A program made the translations under genes and the position numbers. Of a stretch of 64,000 nt of DNA, positions 54,424 to 64,000 are shown one piece after another. The notes beneath the pieces are model-generated. The model saw nothing but the letters and a program-made list of their open reading frames with translations, was not told where the DNA came from and searched no databases. Position 1 is the stretch's first letter; every line of letters begins with the position of its first letter. This stretch comes from Octopus sinensis. Taxonomy: Eukaryota. Location of the stretch: NCBI RefSeq assembly GCF_006345805.1, contig NC_043001.1, positions 57,102,001 through 57,166,000 of the forward strand, given 5' to 3'.

Positions 54424-55974
54424 TGTTGTTGTTGTTTTAGTAGTCATTTATTTCCATCAGTGGTTAAGAAGTGGTCGATATTTCGTTATGAATGTAGTTT
54501 CTTTGTTGACAGGTCGTGGTTGCGATTTGCCATCGGCAAATTGATATGAGAGGAAGATCGTAAAATTAGGTTACTTTATGTCTGACACACATTCCTGATT
54601 CTTATTTGGCTCGAATATTCGGTTATCCGAATTTTATTGTATAAATTTATACGTCCTGTTTAGGTTTTTATGTTGGTTTGAGTTAGAAGACGTTGGCTCA
54701 TCCTGGAGGCCCTTTTCTGTGTCTGTACATTTTGAAAAATTAGGTAGGCGTTATCGATTTTAGGATTGTTGGTAGAAATTTATCGTAACACTTTCAATGT
54801 CAGTATCTTCCTTTGCTTGCTTTGTGTTGGTACCCAGACATTAATAGTTTTGGCTCGTTGTGCTTCGTCATCTATTAAATATTGTTAATATTCTTTTCAA
54901 TGAGTGTATCCTTATACCCTCGAAAATTCATTATACAAAAATTTTCTCCGGATACTATTGTACCAATCATTTGGGATAGATTATGAAAGAGATTTATTTT
55001 GATATCTGGGATGATAGGAGCTGAAAATATATATATATTACTTTGAGTCTGTAAGTTTATAAGGAATATCGCTTTCTATTCGGTTGTTGACTTCTTTATT
55101 AGGATGTCTAAATTTGGGAGTTAGACTATATTCCAATGTGAAATTCATATTTTTGTTAATTCCATTGACTACAGTTTAGAATTCATTTGGTTCCATTCAG
55201 CTTTTGTTCCCAGACATTTGGCAATCATGGGCGTATGTTTTCCAGTTTCTTCTATATATTTAAAAGAATTTTTCCTATACTCTTGAATAAGTTTTAGGAA
55301 ATCGTTGTTTTCTTCCCCATCACGGTCCCACATATTTGATAAAGTTCTCATTAAACACATAATAGTTATCCTTTGAAATGATTAATCCATTTTCTAGGCC
55401 TTGTGACAGATTAACTGTCCAGTTATCTCCCCAGATTTTAATGGCTTGAATTCAGTTATGAGGGATGTTTGTGCAAAGATTCATTACAGTGAAAGCTACA
55501 ATCTGAGTTTATCGGGGATTTCTTCATTTAGCACAGTTTTTGACTGCCACCACGACCACACGCCTTGTCCTATCTTTATTAATCAATCATTCCTTGATAT
55601 CAACATTGCCAGTAACGAAAAAACAAAAACACAAAAAAAAAACAACGAAAAAACCACTACTGCTATAACAACAAAAATATACAAATCGATCTCTGCCACT
55701 CCAAACTGTAATGACCTCGCAGCTATGATAGAGAACCAACGATCGTTACTGTGTGAATTTTGGAGAAAACCATATCAACATTCACACTGCTTTCAAGAAT
55801 AATTAATTGAATTAATTTTACCGTATTTCTCTAATTTCTTATTGCATGATAAGATAGTCTTCATTAATTGCAACCGGTAGCAATTGAAATAAAACATTGT
55901 CTTCCTTGCCTTCATGATAACTTTCTTAAAGCATTTTCTCACTTTCTTTGATATATATTGTTTTATTGTTTTAT

Positions 55975-56430
55975 TCATTTATTCTTTTACTTGTCTCAGT
56001 CATTTGACTGGAGCACCGCCTTAAGGGTTTTAGTCGAAGAAATCGACCTTAAGACTTATTCCTCGGGAGCCTAGCACGTATTCTATCGGTCTCTTTTGCC
56101 GAACCTCTAAGTTACGGTGACATAAACACAACAGCGTCGATTTGTTAAACGATAGCGGGGAGAAATACACAGACACACATAAACACACACACACACAACC
56201 ATAAACACACACACACACACACACGCACACACACACACTATCGCACGCACACATATATAGATACAGATAGATAGATAGATAGTTACAACGGGCTTCTTTC
56301 AGTTTCCGTCTACCAAATCCACTGGTCCGAGGCTATAGTTGAAGACACTTACCCAAGGTGCCACGCATTAAGAGAGTATCCAAATCCATGTGGTTGGGAA
56401 GCAAGCTTCTTACCACCCAGCCAATACTGT
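55975..56430 (-). mobile_element. CORE-type tRNA SINE (OR2-like)
   Basis: Reverse-complement match to the family at 44408 and 52421. Confidence 0.8.
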
Positions 56431-56504
56431 GTCTATATGTGTGTGTGTGTGTGTGTGTATATATATTTATATATATATATATATATATGTATATATTAAT
56501 GTCA

Positions 56505-56782
56505 GTCACTACATCAAAATGGCTGTTTCATGCTACTATCATTGTAACTCCAGTCAGGTTCTCCGCCAGCTGGTCATCAGTGCGACTCTGCACACTTTAT
56601 ATACAATATAATGATAGCAGAGGTAGCGACCCCCACCCTCTAGAGGTTGGCGGAGATTCGCTCCCCCAATTAACAATATATTGTATATGAAGGGTACAAA
56701 GTTGCACTGATAACTAGCTGGTGGAGAATCTGCCTGGGGTTAAACTAGCAGTAACACGAAATATTCATTTTCATGTGGCGAG
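56505..56782. repeat. Imperfect foldback with ~105-bp arms and a 66-nt GC-richer loop
   Basis: GGTTCTCCGCCAGCTGGTCATCAGTGCGAC versus GTTGCACTGATAACTAGCTGGTGGAGAATC. Arms are 56505-56610 and 56677-56782. Confidence 0.7.
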
Positions 56783-56884
56783 TAACTTTACTTTTTAGTA
56801 CAGTTACTAATCGATTTGTTTTTGAGATTTTACAACTAGCTATATTGCTGATATATAAGTAAATATATGCATTTCTATATATGT

Positions 56885-56955
<71 letters not shown>

Positions 56956-56964
56956 AATGCATAT

Positions 56965-57012
<48 letters not shown>

Positions 57013-58545
57013 TTACGTGTATGTATACACACACACACTCACGAACACCCACACATTTACGTATATGTATGGATATATATATATATATAAATTAAAATAA
57101 TTCATATATATTTCCGAATTAGACGAATGTAATAAGTTCATGTGAACACATATTCAGGAGAGGCTAATATAGTCCATATTTGATTGTATTCTCTTCTCAT
57201 TCATGAATAACATATCAACAGCCTAGCTATTCATAGGTGACAACTTATATTTGATTACATTTTAGCTAGCTCTAGACTTTACTCATTTAAATTTACTAAA
57301 TATAATAGGACTTTGTTATGCTTCATTTATATTACCTCATTTCTTCAAAACTGGCTGAAAGAATGCACATCTGCTCGTGGATTAGCTTGTTAATGGATTG
57401 TTCTGCTGGAGTCATTGTCTAGTACATTTTGTTAAGGCGGGAGTGCTTAGAAAACCATAGCTAACACCATTTTACTTGTTTCATAGCACTTCTTTTACTT
57501 CTACACCTCCATGTATTTAATGCTTATGTACGATATTTTTCTGTGTGCTTTGATGTTATATAATGTCATCTATCTCTTAGATCTGTCTCATCTAACATCA
57601 ATTTCCACCAACTCTTTGTTCATTATGATGCATTGATTTGCATTAAAAATACATGTAAAGACATTTTCGCGTGCTTTTCACTACCTCAAAGGTATATCAT
57701 ATCTTAAAACGACCACGTAACAGATCTATCATATAATCGGTATATGACATGACAGATCTATGTCTATATAGACCTAGTATATCACATATCTATAATATCA
57801 TATATTTGTTATAAAATATCCATTGTATATCCATCACACACTATATCGATATCATGAGAGTCCATCACATGAACATCCATCTTATTACAGGTTCATTGTC
57901 ATCACTACCATCAGTTTAATCAATTGATAGTTTAATCATAGTTTCTTTCTATTACATTGTTTAAAGAGAAAGGAAAAGAACATACACATAATTTACGACG
58001 ATACCAAATTTATAATTTCAGTGTTGTGTATATACAATTTGGTCAGTTGTGAAGTAATGGGAAAAAACTGTGTGAAAGATCAGAAAATTTTCTTCTTAGA
58101 GCAAAGTAATCGAAAATATTTCGTCACCGTAAAATTAAGAGAATGAAATAGAAGGCTGACACATCAGTCGGCTAATAAGGATAGTCATTTGGTTCAAAAA
58201 TTTACGAATATATCTGACGAATAAATCTGTAGCATTTTTCATGACACACTAGAGTACCAAATAAATTACAATTTTGCCTTTTAAACGATATGAGTACATA
58301 TAGCTGAAAGCGAAACATAAAATTAACATAGATTCTTGGCTGTTGTTGACAGCTGAGTAAGTATATTTCTTTGTCACGCATGATGAAATATTACGAACCA
58401 TAAATATACGCACAAGCACACGCGCGCATGCATACATTTATGCATATATGACGACGACATATAGGCTTCAAGTCACTGTCTATCTTTTCATTATACAAAT
58501 ATATATATATACGTTATTAAAAAGTGATCCTTCATTTAATGTTAT

Positions 58546-58676
58546 AGCTCTGTTTAATTATTAATCTAATGCATCTTAAATATTCTATCCTCACATTTTC
58601 TTCCATTTGTGTGCTTAATACTCTATCGAGATTATTAGTTTCTTAGTTTTAGTAAGTATATAATTCCTGTAATTCA
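58546..58676 (+). repeat. 131-bp local duplication, copy 1 (copy 2 at 60751-60881)
   Basis: Near-identical direct repeat 2205 bp apart. Confidence 0.9.
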
Positions 58677-58797
58677 CATTATTTAAATATAATAGCACCA
58701 ATTTATGTATGTATAAATATGTATATGTACGTATGTATGTATTAATACATACATACATACATACATACATACATACATACATACATACATACATACA

Positions 58798-58831
<34 letters not shown>

Positions 58832-59763
58832 CATACATATATACATACATATATACATACATGCATTCATACATGTCCACACATATCCGTCACTCGGTTC
58901 TTGAGAGCGTATAAGGAAATCATTGTTTTTGCAAAGAAGCATAGCAAACCTCCGCATCTTTGATACCATTTTCCTTCCTTGCAGCTAGTCTTGGCGTTCT
59001 GGAAAATGGTGAAATGTTTAGGGGTGCATTCTCTCCTGATTAAAAGATAAAATCACATGCACCTGATTACGTTATTCATTGGACTTTAATTGATTGATTG
59101 AAGCTGAAGCCGTATCGTTTAAATTCCAAACTTAATTGAAAATGTAGATGGTAACATAGAAACGACATATTGAACATCTGATATGAAAATAAACATCCTT
59201 GTAACGGGTGAACTCAGTTTACATCATTGCCTAGCAACCTACTGTTAAAAGTCTAACATCCCAATCTTTTGTAACTATTGATATAACTCTTAATTAGACA
59301 GTTTGACACAAGCTATTGATAAATTCCCACATCATGTTAGTCAATACGATTCTTGGGAGAACTGGTTGAGAAAGGTTGCTAAACTATTGTGCGTGGTATA
59401 AACATGAGAAGTGACGGAACCCAACACTATCGCAGCCAAATCAATAAGGTTTATGTTCGGTTTCAACATCTATAAATCGATGGCCATCTGCAATGATTTA
59501 ACCAAGAAAGGATGCAGCTGAACGTTAGCGAATAAAAAGTAAATAGTAGCTATATTAATCAGATATAACGACATCTAAATGAGTGTTTGTAGGATGGACA
59601 AAGTTAACTGTACTCACTGATAAAAAATATACCAGAAGAGTATACTACAATATTCTACAGAATTCACAATAAATTAACAGAGATAATAAGAAGCCATTTA
59701 TGTAATTACAACAATACTAACAACTCTTAACAAATTACTGCACACTGAAGGCATTAGTATTGA

Positions 59764-60153
59764 CTAGCAGTATCGCCCAGCATTGCTCGGGTTTGTAAGG
59801 GAAATAACTATATAAGCATTTTTAGAGAGTTATAGCCAAAAAATAGCAACAAAATACATTAAAAATGGAAAAAAATGATGGTAATTTTTAAAAATCGTTG
59901 ATTCATCGTAGAAATTTTTAGAGAGTTACTTCCCTTATATAATAGCGAAAAAATGCATTAAAATGGAAAACATGATGGTAAATTATTTTTAAAATCGTAG
60001 ACTCATCGTAGACGCGCGCTAATACCCAGAAGCGCTCGATATGAATCACGACTATAAGGTACCCGGTTTTGGTTAAACTGCACCGCCAAATGTGGGAGTA
60101 GTTAGGAATCTAAATCGTAGGAGACATACACACTTCACTTTTATATATAAAGA
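59764..60153 (-). mobile_element. Non-autonomous Helitron-type element
   Basis: The minus strand starts TCTTTATATATAAAAG and ends CCCGAGCAATGCTGGGCGATACTGCTAG. It shares the 3' ~100 bp with 52822-53205. Confidence 0.7.
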
Positions 60154-60164
60154 TTACCACCAAC

Positions 60165-60224
60165 ACCGCCGCCGCCACCACCACCACCACCACCACCACC
60201 ACCACCACCACCACCACCACCACC

Positions 60225-60277
<53 letters not shown>
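60165..60277. repeat. (CAC)n-(TAC)n compound microsatellite
   Basis: Direct reading; explains the poly-H/Y ORF. Confidence 0.95.
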
Positions 60278-60280
<3 letters not shown>

Positions 60281-61837
60281 AGATAAATTGTTGCAAAAGT
60301 AAACGATATTATTCTAAAACTGTAATAAGGCAATTAATTGGGGAAGATTTATCATATATATTTCAGTGGTCTAATTTTTATTGCATATATTCCTTGCACA
60401 GCCCAACCGAACCTACTCTATGTAACTAGGTTTCATGCTGTATTTATTTTGCTTCGTGTTTTTCCTTTGTATTAAAAGTATTTCATGTAATATGGGTGCA
60501 GAATTTAGCAATACATACAATATATATGGAAGACCTAATTGTTTGGATATATCTAACTTGATTTCTTGCCTCCCAGTAATTGCAAATATAATTTGTCAGA
60601 TATTTTGTGTGTATTTTGCATGTAGTCATTATATTACTTTCAACACTTGCTAAGTTACTTAACGTCCAATTAAGAATATTATAACTATCTTATTATTGAG
60701 ACAACTGGTTATAATGATGCCTATTAATTTTGTTCTTTTTATTTGCATTCAGCTCTGTTTAATTATTAATCTAATGCATCTAAAATATTCTATCCTAACA
60801 TTTTCTTCCATTTGTGTGCTTAATACTCTATCGAGATTATTAGTTTCTTAGTTTTAGTAAGTATATAATTCCTGTAATTCATACTTTTTCTCTTATCTAA
60901 CTTGACATTAGTTTTAATTAATTTTCCTCTCTTCAAGGTTGGTAAGTGTATGCTTCTTACACTAATTTCATATCAATTCTTGACAAAACACGATTAACCA
61001 CAAGAATAAAAAGATATGAATAAGATAAGACACAGACATTCGCATAGACATTGGACGCTTCAACAGAAGTGAAAGCAAGAACCTAAGTTTATGAGGTTTC
61101 AGCAAAAGAAGAAATTATCTCGGTCTTTTAAATTATGTTCTTCGTTCAAGGTGTCCACGCCAAAGAAAAGAGGTAAGACGATCCGTGTATATAAAGAGAT
61201 ATACACCAGCGAGTAGCTGTTCGACACAAATGTACATGTCAGCAACGCTTGGAAATTGAATGAATGCGAACATAATGGGTTGATGGTGAGTCTATCAAAA
61301 GTAGGGAATACACTCTTTCCCATTAGTGCTGTCACAACAGGGATTTCTGGATGTTGTCCTTAGTTCATGTGTAGGATTTCCTTAAGAAGAACTGTTCAGT
61401 TGACCCTCATTAATGCAGAGATTCTTCGTGAAGATCTCGTTACTTTTGCACTTCATTCTTCTATACAACTCAGGATTGTCCGACTAGGAACAGACTGTAA
61501 GATTTTGAAAACATTCCAGATGCCAGGGATCCAGTTTTCTTCGCTTTACACTCTCCCTTGTAATTGCTAGTCTTCTGCAAAAATGTTAAATCAATATTTC
61601 ACAGCAATATATGGAAATGAAGCGGACAAAGTCTTTAACATGTCGGATAAAATGCCTAGCGGTAGTTCTTCTAACTATTTACGCCCTCAGTTAAAATACT
61701 ACCCAAATCAATTTTGCCTTCATTATCCCAGGGTCAATAAAACAAATAGCAATTGTGTAGTGCAGTGAATGAAATCGAGCAAACCTTTCGCCCTAATTTG
61801 CCAGACTAGTGCAAAAAACAAATGTAAAATATGCGGT

Positions 61838-62040
61838 GTGCTGGTAGAATAGAATGCTTAGTGGCATTTCATTGATCTTTACGTTCCGTGTTCAAATTTC
61901 GCCGAGGTCGGATGTGCGTTCCATTCTTTCGAGATCGTTGAAATAAGTACTTGTGGCGTACTGGGGATGATGTAACCAACAAGACCCCCTCCCCCAGAGT
62001 CTGAGACCTTGTGCATAGGGTACAAAGGATTATTATTACG
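61838..62040 (+). mobile_element. tRNA-derived SINE (OR1/OK-like), decayed
   Basis: GTGCTGGTAGAATAGAATGCTTAGTGGCATTTC...GTTCAAATTTCGCCGAGGTCG. Confidence 0.7.
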
Positions 62041-62059
62041 ACAGACAGAAAGAAAGAAA

Positions 62060-62099
<40 letters not shown>

Positions 62100-62101
62100 T
62101 A

Positions 62102-62156
<55 letters not shown>

Positions 62157-62958
62157 GGTGGTAGTAATGAGCATATTCTCCTCCATATAGATATTGTTAT
62201 TAACTTATCTATCATTCCTCGTAACTGTTGAAAGCATCATGCATTTACATTGTTGCTATAGATTGAGGGATTTAGAATGAACGGATGAATCAGTGAGTAA
62301 GATGGAGAGAGGGAGAGAGAGAGAGAGAGGGAGAGAGAGAGGGAGAGAGAGGGGAGAGAATGATAAAATGGAAATAGAAAAACTTGAAACACGATTTCTA
62401 TGTCAGACAGAAATTTTGGACATGGAATTGTTTGCAACTTCTTTAGAACTGGCAATCTTCCATTCAGGCAGCGAAAAATAGAAGAAAGTGCATCTCTGTT
62501 GAAATTAAATTTGTATTTGACACCTGTCTTATATTTGAAATTCTTTAAAGTTTCTTTTGTTGGCTCTTGGACATATAGATTCTCCTCATCTTTAGAAAAA
62601 CAAGGAATGGCAGAGCATTTTCATATTCAATGTTTTTTTTTTTGTATTTAAAAGACGTTCCATAAATATAAAAACTGTAACTGGGAATATTATTTTAAAA
62701 ACTCATTAGGAACGCAGAGTGTTTATGTTTGCGCCTTTGTGTCCACATGTGTAAGTATATCTCCATATACATACGTACATTTAGAGAAAGATACATACAT
62801 ACATACAGACAGACAGACTCACACACACATTCACACACACGCACACATAAATATATATTATTCTGCATATCTCAACGTGGATATACAGTAGAAAGATAAA
62901 AATCTATGATACTCGTCTCAACGTGACATCATCTATAGGAGTATAGCACTAATAAGGA

Positions 62959-63046
<88 letters not shown>

Positions 63047-63074
63047 GATGCGTGTGTATGTATTATATAGTTCA

Positions 63075-64000
63075 AATTTAGAGAAAAACAAATACGAAGA
63101 CAGGTGTAGTAACCAGAAAAAGGGTATAGAGGTGGGTGGTATGCAGACTTGTGGGTGGAGGGTGTGGGATGGGAATGGGAATCTGTCTGAGATTGGTGTC
63201 AAATGAAGAGAGGTGAGGTTTGTGTTAGATGAAGAGAAGGGGTTGAGCCCATGTAACGCAAAGGATCGAAGAGAGAGTATTAAATTCTGTCCACGGCGAA
63301 GGCGGTAGTCCAGATGGCCCCTGTGCAGAGAAAGACCGAAAACAGACAAATGTTGTGGCGAATGACTTGTAGAACGGAAATGGCGCGAGACCAGGGTGTC
63401 ATTGCTGAGTTTGATATCATTGCGTCCCGTTTAACCAATGTACAGGGAAGGACAGAGAGAGTGATGGGTGCCTGTGGGGACGGTGGAGCAGGAGAGGTAC
63501 GGGAAGGTGCTACAACGTGGGCGGGATCAAGGGAAGGAGCCAGATTGGGAGGCAGGAGAAACGAAGAAACTGTAGACCAGATCACGCAGTTTATGGGCTC
63601 AATTCAAGGAGGGGAAGGAGAGGTTAGGGAAGATGTGAGAGGTGGAGGAGATCGACTGGAGTTACGGGAGGGCTCGGAGTCTGGTGCATTGGAGGGGTAG
63701 GGTGGAGGGATGTAGGCGAGGGGAAACGGGAGACGGGTACAAGGAGGAAGAGCAGATGTGACTGGATATCCACATAAGATGAAGCGGAAAGCCATGAATT
63801 GAGACTGTGTCTCGAAATTGCGGTCTTCATTGTAGAGCCTGCGTAGACGGAAGAGTTGGGAGTAGGGGGTGGAGAGCATGGTTTGGGTAAGGTGAGAAGA
63901 AGAAACGTTATGGTATGAGTGTGAGTCAGTGTGTTTGTAGTGAACGATAAATGCGGGTTCAGAAAATTAAAGTGGTAATCATGTTCTATGGATAAAAATG
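63075..64000 (-). mobile_element. Penelope-like element 3' portion (RT C-terminus, GIY-YIG region and pLTR end), cut by the window edge
   Basis: Minus-strand peptides PYSQLFRLRRLYNEDRNFETQSQFMAFRFILCGYP and RGQNLILSLRSFALHGLN resemble PLE RT-thumb and GIY-YIG C-terminal motifs. The 3' end ACACCTGTCTTCGTATTTGTTTTTCTCTAAATTT matches the pLTR family. Confidence 0.8.

Noticed and set aside
56555-56585. Minus-strand CTGATGA-CCAGCTGG-CGGAGAAC in the foldback arm
   Set aside because: No GAAA after the stem and no cleavage triplet with stem I
63314-63700. 128-aa plus-strand Gly/Glu-rich ORF
   Set aside because: It is antisense to the PLE coding region

Overview
AT-rich, microsatellite-saturated animal genomic DNA, either intergenic or intronic. 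No host protein-coding exon can be supported. The SINE and repeat content resembles octopus/coleoid cephalopod DNA (inference from recalled repeat sequences, not a database search). Transposon content: a decayed near-full-length Tx1/L1-like LINE (9.5-13.9 kb), a decayed near-full-length RTE LINE (48.6-51.9 kb), four mariner relics, a Penelope-like element (PLE) fragment at the right edge, two Helitron-type non-autonomous elements, many tRNA-derived SINEs, and several foldback/MITE-like palindromes. The main finding is several unrelated short repeat families carrying minimal type I hammerhead ribozyme (HHR) motifs with a palindromic stem III. The best copies are at 34570-34612 (+) and 37584-37669 (+), with sibling or degenerate copies at 34066-34108, 39755-39840, 30466-30511 and 30912-30957. 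They sit in partial-tandem and inverted pLTR-like arrays inserted in (TA)n tracts, which suggests a PLE-mobilised, retrozyme-like system. Almost all listed ORFs are microsatellite or antisense artefacts.
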